DNA of 64,000 nucleotides from an uncultured Hydrogenophaga sp. (GCA_964650505.1 CAZYUD010000009.1:10335-74334); one strand, 5' to 3'; positions 39,788 to 49,312 are shown, counted from the stretch's first letter. A program made the numbers and translations. The notes: a model not told the origin generated them from the sequence alone.

Positions 39788-40963
39788 ATGACCAACGCTG
39801 TCATCGTTTCCACCGCCCGCACGCCCCTGACCAAAAGCTGGAAGGGCGCCTTCAACATGACCCACGGTGCCACGCTCGGTGGCCATGCGGTGCAGCACGC
39901 TGTTGAGCGCGCCGGCATCGACGCCGCCGAGGTCGAAGACGTGATCATGGGCTGCGCCAACCCCGAGGGCGCGACCGGTGCCAACATCGCGCGCCAGATC
40001 GCGCTCAAGGCCGGCCTGCCGATCACCGTGTCGGGCATGACCGTCAACCGCTTTTGTTCCTCGGGTTTGCAGACCATCGCCCTGGCCGCGCAACGCATCA
40101 TCGCCGGCGAAGGCTCGGTGTATGTGGCCGGTGGGGTGGAGAGCATTTCTTGTGTGCAGCAAGAGATGAACCAGCACATGCTCAAGGACTTGGCGCTCGA
40201 AAAACAAAAGCCCGAGATCTACTGGAACATGCTGCAGACCGCCGAACAAGTGGCCAAGCGCTACGGCATTGGCCGCGACGCCATGGACGAATACGGCGCC
40301 GCCAGCCAACAGAAGGCGGCGGCTGCGCTGGAAGCCGGCCTGTTCAAGGCCGAGATCGCGCCCATCACCGTGACCGCTGGCGTGGCCGACAAAGTGATGG
40401 GCTTGATGACCAAACAAGTGACGGTGGAGCACGACGAAGGCATTCGCCCTGGCACCACCTTTGACGCCATCCACGGCCTGCGCTCGGCGCTGCCCGGTGG
40501 CTTGGTGTCGGCCGGCAACGCCAGCCAGTTCAGCGACGGCGCGGGCGCTTGTGTGGTGATGGACGAGGCGCTGGCCGAGAAAAAAGGCTTGAAGCCGCTC
40601 GGGCGCTTCTTGGGTTTTGCGGTGGCCGGTTGCGAACCCGACGAAATGGGCATTGGCCCGGTGTTTGCGGTGCCCAAGGTGCTGTCGCGCCTGGGCCTGA
40701 AGGTCGGCGACATCGACCTCTGGGAACTCAACGAGGCGTTTGCGGTGCAGGTGCTGTATTGCCGCGACAAGCTGGGCATTCCGGCCGACCGGCTCAATGT
40801 GAACGGCGGCGCGATTGCGGTGGGCCACCCTTATGGCGTGTCGGGCCAGCGCCTGACCGGCCACGCCCTGATCGAAGGCAAGCGCCGGGGCGCCAAGCGC
40901 GTGTGCGTGACCATGTGCATTGGCGGGGGCATGGGCGCGGCCGGGGTGTTTGAGGTGTTGTAA
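39788..40963 (+). CDS. Acetyl-CoA C-acyltransferase (thiolase II)
   Basis: The active-site Cys context [10 protein letters not shown] and the C-terminal catalytic motifs [15 protein letters not shown] and CIGGGMGAA. Confidence 0.9.
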   Translation: MTNAVIVSTARTPLTKSWKGAFNMTHGATLGGHAVQHAVERAGIDAAEVEDVIMGCANPEGATGANIARQIALKAGLPITVSGMTVNRFCSSGLQTIALAAQRIIAGEGSVYVAGGVESISCVQQEMNQHMLKDLALEKQKPEIYWNMLQTAEQVAKRYGIGRDAMDEYGAASQQKAAAALEAGLFKAEIAPITVTAGVADKVMGLMTKQVTVEHDEGIRPGTTFDAIHGLRSALPGGLVSAGNASQFSDGAGACVVMDEALAEKKGLKPLGRFLGFAVAGCEPDEMGIGPVFAVPKVLSRLGLKVGDIDLWELNEAFAVQVLYCRDKLGIPADRLNVNGGAIAVGHPYGVSGQRLTGHALIEGKRRGAKRVCVTMCIGGGMGAAGVFEVL

Positions 40964-41062
40964 CGCCGCGCGCTGCGCGGACGTACAACACCCCCCCCGC
41001 GCCGCTGCGCGGCACCCCCCAGAGGGGGGCGATGCCTGTGGGCCGGCGGAGCCGGACCCACG
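40964..41062 (+). repeat. Structured intergenic repeat, copy 2
   Basis: CCCCCCCCGCGCCGCTGCGCGGCACCCCCCAGAGGGGGGCG...GGCCGGCGGAGCCGGACCCACGG begins 1 nt after the thiolase stop. Confidence 0.7.
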
Positions 41063-41123
41063 GCATCCTGGAGTTGGGGCACGCGCTCCGGACATTGTTG
41101 TTTGGCTTGACACTTCTTTGACC

Positions 41124-42962
41124 ATGGCTGTTCGACCTACCCTGGATTTTTTGTTGTACGACTGGTTGGGGGCGGCGGGTCTGAGCGAGCGGCCGCGTTT
41201 TGCCGACCACTCGCGCGAGACCTTTGGCGCGGTGTTGGACACCTGCGAGCGCATCGCGCGCGAGAAGTACGCGCCATTCAACCGGCTGGTCGACACCCAA
41301 GAGCCGCGCACCGAGCCCGATGGTGCGGGCGGCTTGCGGGTGGTGTTGCCGCAGGCCACCCACGACGCACACCGTGCCTATGTCGAGAGCGGCATGCTGA
41401 GCGCCGCGCAAGACTACAAGGTGGGCGGCATGCAATTGCCCTACACGGTGGAGGCCGCGGCCAATGCGTTGTTTGCCTGTGCGTCGGTGAGCATCGGCGC
41501 CGGCATGTTGACCACCGGCAACGCCAATTTGCTGATGGCGCACGGCAGCGAGGCGCAACAGCGGGTGTTTGCACTCAACGAGTTTGCCGGCCGCTGGTCG
41601 GGCACCATGTGCTTGAGTGAGCCGCAGGCCGGATCATCGCTCAGCGATGTGGCCACCCGCGCGCTGTCCGACGGCGACCAATTTGCCGCCGATCCACTGG
41701 GCCCGCGCTACCGGCTCAGGGGCAGCAAGATGTGGATTTCGGCCGGCGAACACGAGTTGACCGAGAACATCGTGCACCTGGTGTTGGCCAAGATCCCGGG
41801 GCCAGACGGCCAGTTGGTGCCCGGTGTCAAAGGCATATCGCTGTTCATCGTGCCCAAGCGGCTGGTGGACGTCGACGGCCAACTCACCGGCGAGCGCAAC
41901 GACGTGGCGCTGGCGGGCCTGAATCACAAATGTGGTTGGCGCGGCACCACCAACACGCTGCTCAATTTTGGCGAGGGCACCTACCCGGTGCGCGGCGCTC
42001 CAGGGGCCATTGGCTATTTGGTGGGGCAGCCCGGCGAAGGCCTGAAGTGCATGTTCCACATGATGAACGAGGCGCGCATCGGCGTGGGCATGGCCGCGAC
42101 CATGTTGGGCATGGCGGGCTACCTCGCGTCCTTGGAGTACGCCAAAAACCGGCCGCAGGGCAGGGCGATGGGGCCGGCCGGAAAAGACCCGGCCCAGCCG
42201 CAGGTGCGCATCATCGAACACGCCGATGTCAAGCGCATGTTGCTCGCACAAAAGAGCTACGCCGAAGGCGCGCTGGCGCTGGAGCTGTATTGCGCCCGCT
42301 TGGTGGATGAGCAGCACACTGGCTCTCCCGAGGCGACCAACGAGGCGCGCCTGTTGCTGGAGGTGCTGACGCCGATTGCCAAAAGCTGGCCCAGCGAATG
42401 GTGTCTGGAGGCCAATTCGCTCGCCATCCAGGTGCTCGGCGGCTATGGCTACACCCGCGACTTTCCGGTGGAGCAGTACTGGCGCGACAACCGCCTGAAC
42501 ATGATCCATGAGGGCACCCACGGCATCCAGGCCATGGACCTGTTGGGCCGCAAGGTGCTGATGGAAGGCGGGCAGGGTCTGCAGCTGCTGGCCGGGCGCG
42601 TCAACGCCACCATCGAGCGCGCGATTCAGGTGCCCGCCTTGGCCGAGCACGCCAACGCGCTGGGCAAAGCCTTGCAAGACGTGGACGCGGCCACCAAATC
42701 CGCCTGGGCCACGGGCGAACCGGTGCCCGCCCTGGCCAATGCGGTGCCCTACATGCAGGCCTTTGGCCACACCGTGTTGGCCTGGATCTGGCTGGACGTG
42801 GCGCTGGTGGCCCAAGCCGCGCCCGAGAGCCCTGCGCGCACCGGTCGGCTGGCCGCGGCGCGCTATTTTTTCCATTACGAGCTGCCCAAAATCGGCGCTT
42901 GGCTGCAGGTGGTGCGCACACGCGACACCACTTGCGCCGACATGCCCGAAGATGCGTTTTGA
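41124..42962 (+). CDS. Acyl-CoA dehydrogenase (long-form, ~612 aa)
   Basis: ACAD N-terminal, middle and C-terminal domains (GSKMWISAGEHELTENIVHLVLAK; EYRITDK-type C-terminal extension). The start was set at ATG 41124. The ORF-track start at 40920 lies in the repeat. Confidence 0.85.
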   Translation: MAVRPTLDFLLYDWLGAAGLSERPRFADHSRETFGAVLDTCERIAREKYAPFNRLVDTQEPRTEPDGAGGLRVVLPQATHDAHRAYVESGMLSAAQDYKVGGMQLPYTVEAAANALFACASVSIGAGMLTTGNANLLMAHGSEAQQRVFALNEFAGRWSGTMCLSEPQAGSSLSDVATRALSDGDQFAADPLGPRYRLRGSKMWISAGEHELTENIVHLVLAKIPGPDGQLVPGVKGISLFIVPKRLVDVDGQLTGERNDVALAGLNHKCGWRGTTNTLLNFGEGTYPVRGAPGAIGYLVGQPGEGLKCMFHMMNEARIGVGMAATMLGMAGYLASLEYAKNRPQGRAMGPAGKDPAQPQVRIIEHADVKRMLLAQKSYAEGALALELYCARLVDEQHTGSPEATNEARLLLEVLTPIAKSWPSEWCLEANSLAIQVLGGYGYTRDFPVEQYWRDNRLNMIHEGTHGIQAMDLLGRKVLMEGGQGLQLLAGRVNATIERAIQVPALAEHANALGKALQDVDAATKSAWATGEPVPALANAVPYMQAFGHTVLAWIWLDVALVAQAAPESPARTGRLAAARYFFHYELPKIGAWLQVVRTRDTTCADMPEDAF

Positions 42963-43005
42963 CGCAGGAAAAAACGAACCTGACCCCATTAAAAGGAGAC
43001 ACAGC

Positions 43006-43800
43006 ATGACAGAACGGCACGTGCACCAATTGCTGAATTTGACGGGCAAGACCGCGCTGATCACCGGCGGCTCGCGCGGGCTGGGGCTGCAAATGGCCCG
43101 GGCGCTGGGCGAGGCCGGCGCGCGGGTGCTGATCAGCTCGCGCAAGGCGGATGACTTGGAAGAGGCCACCGCCGAACTGCAGGCCGCCGGCATCGACACC
43201 CGGTGGACGGCGGCCGATTGCCAAAAGGAAGACGACATTCGCCGCTTGGCCAGCGACGCGTTGGAGCGCTTGGGCCGGGTCGATATTTTGGTCAACAACG
43301 CCGGCGCCGCTTGGGGCGCACCGGCCGAAGACCACCCGCTCGACGCCTGGGACAAGGTGATGAACCTGAACGTGCGCAGCTATTTCCTGCTGAGCCAGCT
43401 GATCGCCAAACTCAGCATGATTCCGCACAAAGGCGGCAGCATCATCAACACCGCCAGCATCGCTGGCTTGGGCGGCAACCCGCCCGAGATGAAGACGATT
43501 GCCTACAACACCTCCAAAGGCGCGGTGATCAACTTCACCCGCGCACTGGCGGCCGAGTGGGGCCACTACGGCATCCGCGTCAACGCGATTTGCCCAGGCT
43601 TTTTCCCGAGCAAGATGACCCAAGGCACCTTAAAAGCGATGGGTGAAGACAAACTCGCCGCCCACGCGCCGCTGCGCCGCCTGGGCGACGACGAAGACCT
43701 CAAAGGCATCACGCTGCTGTACGCCAGTGATGCGGGCAAGCACGTCACGGGGCAATGGCTGGCGGTCGATGGGGGTGTGTCGATCATCACTGGAGGCTAG
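43006..43800 (+). CDS. SDR-family oxidoreductase
   Basis: TGGSRGLG is a Rossmann motif. The YxxxK active site and a NAG-type motif are present. Confidence 0.85.
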   Translation: MTERHVHQLLNLTGKTALITGGSRGLGLQMARALGEAGARVLISSRKADDLEEATAELQAAGIDTRWTAADCQKEDDIRRLASDALERLGRVDILVNNAGAAWGAPAEDHPLDAWDKVMNLNVRSYFLLSQLIAKLSMIPHKGGSIINTASIAGLGGNPPEMKTIAYNTSKGAVINFTRALAAEWGHYGIRVNAICPGFFPSKMTQGTLKAMGEDKLAAHAPLRRLGDDEDLKGITLLYASDAGKHVTGQWLAVDGGVSIITGG

Positions 43801-43807
43801 GTGGTCC

Positions 43808-43885
43808 ACCCCCGCGCCGCGCCTTCGGCGCGTCACCCCCTCCAGGGGGCGGCACCGGCAGACCGGCGAAGCCGGATCTGCGGTG
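43808..43885 (+). repeat. Structured intergenic repeat, copy 3
   Basis: ACCCCCGCGCCGCGCCTTCGGCGCGTCACCCCCTCCAGGGGGCGGCACCGGCAGACCGGCGAAGCCGGATCTGCGGTG begins 8 nt after the SDR stop. Confidence 0.7.
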
Positions 43886-43931
43886 CCCTTGATTGAGTTC
43901 CCCCTCATTCGTGGCTCTGTATCCTTCCTGC

Positions 43932-44360
43932 ATGACCTTTCCTGTTTCGATTCCTTTTGTTGAGCACCTGGGTTTTGAGCTGCTGCACTTTGCGGACGGC
44001 CAGGCGCGCATTGCGTTCACGCCCCGGGCGGAGCACCTCAACTCGTTCAACGTGACCCACGGCGGCGCCAGCATGACGCTGCTCGATGTGGTGATGGCGC
44101 ACGCCGCCCGCTCGGTAGAGCCGGGTGTGGGCGCGGTCACGATTGAAATGAAGACCAGCTTTATGGCGGCCGCCACCGGGCCCCTGGTGGCGCACGGCAC
44201 GCTGCTGCAGCGCACCGCCACGCTGGCCTTTACCGAAGGCCGCATTGTGGACGCCGAGGGCAAGCTCTGTGCCCACGCCACCGGCACCTTCAAATACGTG
44301 CGGCGTTTGCCGGTGTCGGCCAGCAGCAGCCACGCCCTCAACAGCCCCGCCACCGATTGA
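43932..44360 (+). CDS. PaaI-family (hotdog-fold) thioesterase
   Basis: FNVTHGGASMTLLDVVMAHAA is the PaaI/YbdB core. The start was set at the internal ATG because the TTG at 43893 lies in the repeat. Confidence 0.75.
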   Translation: MTFPVSIPFVEHLGFELLHFADGQARIAFTPRAEHLNSFNVTHGGASMTLLDVVMAHAARSVEPGVGAVTIEMKTSFMAAATGPLVAHGTLLQRTATLAFTEGRIVDAEGKLCAHATGTFKYVRRLPVSASSSHALNSPATD

Positions 44361-44369
44361 ACACCCCCT

Positions 44370-45191
44370 ATGGACACTGCACACACAGACGCGCCGGTGG
44401 CGCTGGTCACGGGCGCGGCCCGGGGCATTGGGCTGGCCATCGCAGGCTGGTTTTTGCGGCAGGGCCACCGGGTGGCCATGCTCGACATCGACGCCCACAC
44501 ACTGGCCACCAGCCACGCGGCCTGGGTGGCCGAGAACGGCGCTGAGCGCCTGTTGGCGCTGCCGGCCGATGTGTCGAACGCGGCCCAGGTGGCCGATGCG
44601 GTGGCCGCCATTGAGGCCCGCTGGGGCCGGCTTGACGCGCTGGTGAACAACGCCGGTGTCGCGGTCTTCAAGCCCATTGGCCAGACCACGCTGGACGACT
44701 GGCGCTGGGTCATGGCCAGCAACCTCGATGGCCCGTTCATCTGCACCCAAGCCTGCGCGCCCCTGATGCTCCAACACGGTGGCGGCGCGGTGGTCAACAT
44801 CGCCTCCATCTCGGGCCTGCGCGCCAGCACCTTGCGCGTGGCCTATGGCACGTCCAAAGCGGCGTTGATTCACCTCACCAAACAGCAGGCGGTGGAATAC
44901 GGCAACGCGGGCATCCGCGTCAACGCGATTGCGCCCGGCCCGGTGGAAACCGAGATGGCCAAACAAGTGCACACACCCGCCATCCGCGCCGACTACCACG
45001 ACACCATTCCGCTGGCGCGTTACGGCTCGCTCGACGAAATCGCCAACGCGGTCGGCTTTTTGTGCAGCCCGCAGGCCAGTTATGTGAACGGCCAGGTGTT
45101 GGCGGTAGACGGTGGCTTTGACGCCGCCGGCGTGGGTCTGCCCACCTTGCGCCGCCCCCCCCGTTTGAACACATTTCACAGGAGACTTTGT
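44370..45191 (+). CDS. SDR-family oxidoreductase, read through into the next gene with no in-frame stop
   Basis: TGAARGIGLAIA...NNAGVAVFKP...YGTSKAA...VDGG covers the whole SDR fold by ~aa 250. A C8 tract at 45155-45162 sits 3 nt before an out-of-frame TGA, with a C7 tract the ORF would terminate at that TGA (45166-45168). Confidence 0.7.
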
Positions 45192-46208
45192 ATGCCCCAG
45201 AACCGCCAAATCGTGCTCGACAACCGCCCGCAAGGCGAGGCCACGGTGTCGAACTTCAAACTCGTCACCACCGACACGCCCGCGCTGCAAGACGGGCAGG
45301 TGCTGGTGCGCCACCACTACCTGAGCCTAGACCCCTATATGCGCGGTCGCATGAACGAGAGCAAGAGCTACGCCCAGCCCCAGCCCCTGGGCGAGGTGAT
45401 GATCGGCGGCACCGTGGGCGAGGTGGTGGAGTCGCGCCACCCCAAATTCAAAGCCGGTGACCCAGTGGTGGGCATGGGCGGCTGGCAGGAGTACAGCGTG
45501 GTTGACGCCAACGTGCCCGGCAACTTGCGCCGGGTCGACACCACCCATGTGCCGCTGTCGCATTACCTGGGCGCGGTGGGCATGCCGGGTGTGACCGCTT
45601 GGTACGGGCTGGTCAAAATCATCGAACCCAAGGCCGGAGAGACGGTGACGGTGAGCGCGGCCAGCGGCGCGGTGGGCAGCGCTTACGGCGCACTGGCCAA
45701 GGCGCGCGGTTGCCGCGTGGTCGGCATTGCCGGGGGCAAAGACAAGTGCGACTACGTGGTGAATGAACTCGGCTTCGACGCCTGTGTGGACTACAAAGAA
45801 CACGCCGATTACCTGAGCTTGTCCAAGGCCTTGAAGGCGGCCTGCCCGAACGGCATCGACGGCCATTTTGAGAACGTGGGCGGCATGGTGCTGGACGCGG
45901 TGATGCTGCGCACCAACGCCTTCGCGCGTGTGGCGGTGTGCGGCATGATCGCCGGCTACGACGGCGCGCCCCTGCCCATGGCCAACCCGGCGCTGATTCT
46001 GGTGAACCGCATGAAGGTGCAGGGCTTTATCGTCAGCGAGCACATGGAGGTCTGGCCCGAGGCGCTGTCCGAGCTGGGCCAGTTGGTGGGCTGCGGCCAG
46101 CTGCGCCCGCGCGAGACCGTGGCGCAGGGTATTGAGAGCGCGCCCGAGGCGTTTTTGGGGCTGCTCAAGGGCAAGAACTTTGGCAAGCAGCTGGTGAAAC
46201 TGGTGTAA
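45192..46208 (+). CDS. NADP-dependent oxidoreductase (MDR superfamily, CurA/YncB-like)
   Basis: It has its own SD AGGAGA and ATG. MPQNRQIVLDNRPQGEATVSNFKLVTTDTPALQDGQVLVRHHYLSLDPYMRGRM is the characteristic N-terminus. GAVGSAYGALAK is the nucleotide-binding motif. Confidence 0.85.
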   Translation: MPQNRQIVLDNRPQGEATVSNFKLVTTDTPALQDGQVLVRHHYLSLDPYMRGRMNESKSYAQPQPLGEVMIGGTVGEVVESRHPKFKAGDPVVGMGGWQEYSVVDANVPGNLRRVDTTHVPLSHYLGAVGMPGVTAWYGLVKIIEPKAGETVTVSAASGAVGSAYGALAKARGCRVVGIAGGKDKCDYVVNELGFDACVDYKEHADYLSLSKALKAACPNGIDGHFENVGGMVLDAVMLRTNAFARVAVCGMIAGYDGAPLPMANPALILVNRMKVQGFIVSEHMEVWPEALSELGQLVGCGQLRPRETVAQGIESAPEAFLGLLKGKNFGKQLVKLV

Positions 46209-46282
46209 CCCCCCGCGCCGCCTGCGGCGTCACCCCCCCAGGGGGCGCCACCTGCGGACCGGCGGAGCCGGATCCGCAGTGG
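46208..46282 (+). repeat. Structured intergenic repeat, copy 4
   Basis: ACCCCCCGCGCCGCCTGCGGCGTCACCCCCCCAGGGGGCGCCACCTGCGGACCGGCGGAGCCGGATCCGCAG overlaps the stop codon of the upstream gene. Confidence 0.7.
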
Positions 46283-46318
46283 CCTTGCTTGAGGCCTTGG
46301 CGCTCGAAAGGAGTTTGC

Positions 46319-48085
46319 ATGAACGCAACCCATGAGGTTTTTAACCAGGCTCCGTCTTTTGTCGATGTGAACCTGTTCGCCGGCAATCTGGCGATGCAAG
46401 ACGCTTTGCGTTGGCATGCGCCGGGCTTGGACACCGCGCCGCTGCACGCGCTGGGCGCATTGGCGGGCAGCGCCGAGATGCAGCAGCACGCGCGGCTGGC
46501 CAATGTGTTCACGCCGCAGCTCAAAAGCCACAGCCGCTTCGGCCACCGCATTGATCAGGTGGAGTTTCACCCGAGCTACCACGCGCTGATGGCGGCGGCC
46601 ACGGCGTATGGGCTGCACGGCACGCCTTGGGGGAGCCCTCACCCCAACCCTCTCCCGCCAGCGGGAGAGGGGGCAAGACAGGGGCTCTCCTCAGCGGAAG
46701 ATGTGGCAAGGCGAGACGTTTCACTCCCTCTCCCGCTAGCGGGAGAGGGCGGGGGTGAGGGTGGACCGCATCCACACCTACAGCGGGCGGCCGCCTTCCA
46801 GCTCTTCACCGAGCTGGAGCCGTCCATCCTGTGCCCCATCTCCATGACCTACGCGGTCACGCCTGCGCTCAAAGACAACCCCGCCATTTACCGCGACCTC
46901 GCGCCCGGCCTGACCGCCCGCGCCTACGACCCCGCGCTCAAGCCCTGGCACCAAAAAGCCGGCTTGACCATGGGCATGGGCATGACCGAAAAGCAGGGCG
47001 GATCGGACGTGCGCGCCAACACCACCCAAGCCGTGCCGGATGGCAGCGACGGCTGGGGCCAGCGCTACCGCGTCACCGGCCACAAATGGTTTTTCTCGGC
47101 GCCGATGTGCGACGCGTTTTTGATCTTGGCGCAAACCGCCGGCGGGCTGAGCTGTTTGTTTTTGCCGCGTGTGTTGCCCGACGGCTCGCTGAACACCGTG
47201 TTCATCCAGCGCCTCAAAGACAAACTCGGCAACAAAGCCAACGCCAGTTCCGAGGTCGAGTTTGTCGGCGCCAGCGCCTGGCTGGTGGGCGAGGAGGGAC
47301 GCGGTGTGCCACAAATTTTGGCCATGGGCACGATGACGCGGCTCGACTGCGCCCTGGGCACCAGCGCGCTGATGCGCCACGCTCTGTCCATCGCGCTGCA
47401 CCACACGCGCCAGCGCAAGGCCTTCGGCAAGACCTTGATCGAACAGCCCTTGATGCAAAACGTGTTGGCCGATCTGGCACTGGAAAGCGAAGTCGCCACC
47501 GCGCTCGCGCTGCGCCTGGCGCACAGCTTTGACCACGCGGCGCAGAGCGAACACGAGCGGGTCATGCAGCGCCTGCTCACGCCCGTGGCCAAGTTCTGGA
47601 TTTGCAAACGCGGCAGCCACTTTGCGCAAGAGGCCATGGAATGCCTGGGCGGCAACGGTTATGTGGAGGAGGGCGGCGAAGGCGTGATGGCGCGCATCTA
47701 CCGCGAAATGCCGGTCAACAGCATTTGGGAAGGCGCGGGCAACATCATGGCGCTGGACTTGCTGCGCGCCCTGCGCAAGGCCGACGCCGCCGCCGCGCTG
47801 GCGCAAGAGCTGGCCCCCGCCAAAGGCATGCACCGCGCCTTGGACCACCTGGCCGCGACCTTGCCCACACGGGTGGAAGAAATGGCCACCGAGGTCGAAG
47901 CCCGGCGCTTGGCGCAAGACGTGGCACTGGCCGTGCAGGCCGCGTTGCTCGCGCAAACCGCGCCGTCGGCGGTGTTCTCGGCCTTTTGCGACAGCCGCAT
48001 CGCCGGCCATTGGGGTCACAGCTTTGGCTGCCTCGGCGCCTCGGCGGATATGCCCGCCATCATCCAACGCGCCTTGCCCCAGTAA
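46319..48085 (+). CDS. aidB: AidB-like acyl-CoA dehydrogenase family protein carrying a 42-aa in-frame insertion
   Basis: It is colinear with E. coli AidB (LGMGMTEKQGGSDV, GHKWFFSAP, LAQTAGGLSC, RLKDKLGN, YREMPVNSIWEGAGNIM). An extra PLPPAGEG...LPLPLAGEGGGEG segment lies between the conserved LHG and SILCP blocks. Confidence 0.85.
   Translation: MNATHEVFNQAPSFVDVNLFAGNLAMQDALRWHAPGLDTAPLHALGALAGSAEMQQHARLANVFTPQLKSHSRFGHRIDQVEFHPSYHALMAAATAYGLHGTPWGSPHPNPLPPAGEGARQGLSSAEDVARRDVSLPLPLAGEGGGEGGPHPHLQRAAAFQLFTELEPSILCPISMTYAVTPALKDNPAIYRDLAPGLTARAYDPALKPWHQKAGLTMGMGMTEKQGGSDVRANTTQAVPDGSDGWGQRYRVTGHKWFFSAPMCDAFLILAQTAGGLSCLFLPRVLPDGSLNTVFIQRLKDKLGNKANASSEVEFVGASAWLVGEEGRGVPQILAMGTMTRLDCALGTSALMRHALSIALHHTRQRKAFGKTLIEQPLMQNVLADLALESEVATALALRLAHSFDHAAQSEHERVMQRLLTPVAKFWICKRGSHFAQEAMECLGGNGYVEEGGEGVMARIYREMPVNSIWEGAGNIMALDLLRALRKADAAAALAQELAPAKGMHRALDHLAATLPTRVEEMATEVEARRLAQDVALAVQAALLAQTAPSAVFSAFCDSRIAGHWGHSFGCLGASADMPAIIQRALPQ
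46636..46761 (+). mobile_element. 126-bp MITE-like palindromic element inserted in frame in the aidB-like gene
   Basis: ~36-bp terminal inverted repeats CCCTCACCCCAACCCTCTCCCGCCAGCGGGAGAGGG and CCCTCTCCCGCTAGCGGGAGAGGGCGGGGGTGAGGG. Each holds an internal CTCTCCCGC-NAGC-GGGAGAG hairpin. The length is a multiple of 3. Confidence 0.55.
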
Positions 48086-48556
48086 ATGCACTCTGACCCC
48101 ATTTTCGGATTTCGCTGTTTGCCGTTTGGCGCGCTGTTGCCGCACACCTTGTACGCGCTGCTGCGCTTGCGCTCAGAGGTGTTTGTGGTGGAGCAGCGCT
48201 GTGTGTTCCAAGACATGGACGGCGCCGACGCCGATTGTTTGCACCTGCTGTGTGAAGGGCCAGACGGGCGCCTTTTGGCCAGCGCGCGGCTGGTGCCGGC
48301 GGGGCTGAAATACGCCGAGGCCAGCATCGGCCGGGTGGTCAGCGACCCCGCCGCCCGGCATTTGAAGCTGGGCCACACGCTCATGGCCGAGGCGGTGCGC
48401 CAGCTGCTGCACCTGTGGGGGCCGCAGCCGATCCGCATTGGCGCGCAGGCGCATTTGCAGCACTTTTACCAGCGCCACGGTTTTGTGACTGCGAGCGCGC
48501 CCTACGACGAAGACGGCATCCAGCATGTGGAAATGCTGCGCGTCCCTGCGCGCTGA
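48086..48556 (+). CDS. GNAT-family N-acetyltransferase (ElaA-like)
   Basis: Acetyl-CoA binding region RIGAQAHLQHFYQRHGF. Its start overlaps the aidB stop (TAAATG). Confidence 0.8.
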   Translation: MHSDPIFGFRCLPFGALLPHTLYALLRLRSEVFVVEQRCVFQDMDGADADCLHLLCEGPDGRLLASARLVPAGLKYAEASIGRVVSDPAARHLKLGHTLMAEAVRQLLHLWGPQPIRIGAQAHLQHFYQRHGFVTASAPYDEDGIQHVEMLRVPAR

Positions 48557-49312
48557 TCAGTCGCGCAACAGACGCTCCAGCGTGCGCTGGCGGTCGTTCA
48601 AAAAACGGCGGCTGATCTGTACATGCTCGGTGTCTTCGTAGTCGACACGTTGCAGCCCCCGGGCAGAGCACTCATAAATCCAAGCCTCCGGATAGCCCAT
48701 CAAGATGGGCGAATGGGTGGCGATGATGAACTGTGCTCCCTCGGTCACCAAGTCGTGCATACGCTTGAGTGCCGCGAGTTGGCGTTGCGGCGACAAGGCC
48801 GCCTCGGGTTCGTCCAGGATGTACAGCCCTTGCCCGGAGAAACGGTGTAACAGCAAAGCCATAAAAGACTCGCCGTGCGACTGTTCGTGCAGCGACACGC
48901 CGCCATACGAATCGATGATCGGTGGCGAGGGCGCCGGCTCGGCGTCAAGGGCCTCGATGTGGGTCGCCACGTTAAAGAAACTCTCGGCCCGCAAAAAATA
49001 GCCAGTCTTGGGGCGGCGCATGCCCTTGGCCACCCGAATGTGCTCGTGCAACACCGAATGCGACGCCCGGGTGTTGAACGCCATATGGCGCGAACCGCCC
49101 TCGGCGTTAAAACCCAGCGCGATGGCCAAGGCTTCCAGGATGGTGGATTTGCCCGCACCGTTTTCGCCGATCAAGAACGTCACGCCCGGGTGAAAGTCCA
49201 GCCCATCGAGCGCCTGTACAGCGGGCAGCGTGAAGGGAAACACCCCCGGATCGCCCGGTCGGTCGGTCCGCAAGCGCGCCCGGATCACAAATTGTTGCGA
49301 CAACACCGACAT
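48557..49312 (-). CDS. AAA/ABC-like ATPase of the COG3910 type (predicted ATPase, no partner gene)
   Basis: Walker A GENGAGKST and Walker B ILDEPEAALSP with a downstream H-loop (IIATHSP). The start was set at the internal ATG 49312. Confidence 0.65.
   Translation of the reverse strand: MSVLSQQFVIRARLRTDRPGDPGVFPFTLPAVQALDGLDFHPGVTFLIGENGAGKSTILEALAIALGFNAEGGSRHMAFNTRASHSVLHEHIRVAKGMRRPKTGYFLRAESFFNVATHIEALDAEPAPSPPIIDSYGGVSLHEQSHGESFMALLLHRFSGQGLYILDEPEAALSPQRQLAALKRMHDLVTEGAQFIIATHSPILMGYPEAWIYECSARGLQRVDYEDTEHVQISRRFLNDRQRTLERLLRD

Noticed and set aside
44370-46208. A single 612-aa SDR-MDR fusion protein.
   Set aside because: The second half has its own SD and ATG and is a complete MDR oxidoreductase. 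The fusion depends on one extra C in a C8 tract. I treat it as two genes with a likely frameshift and flag it as a finding.
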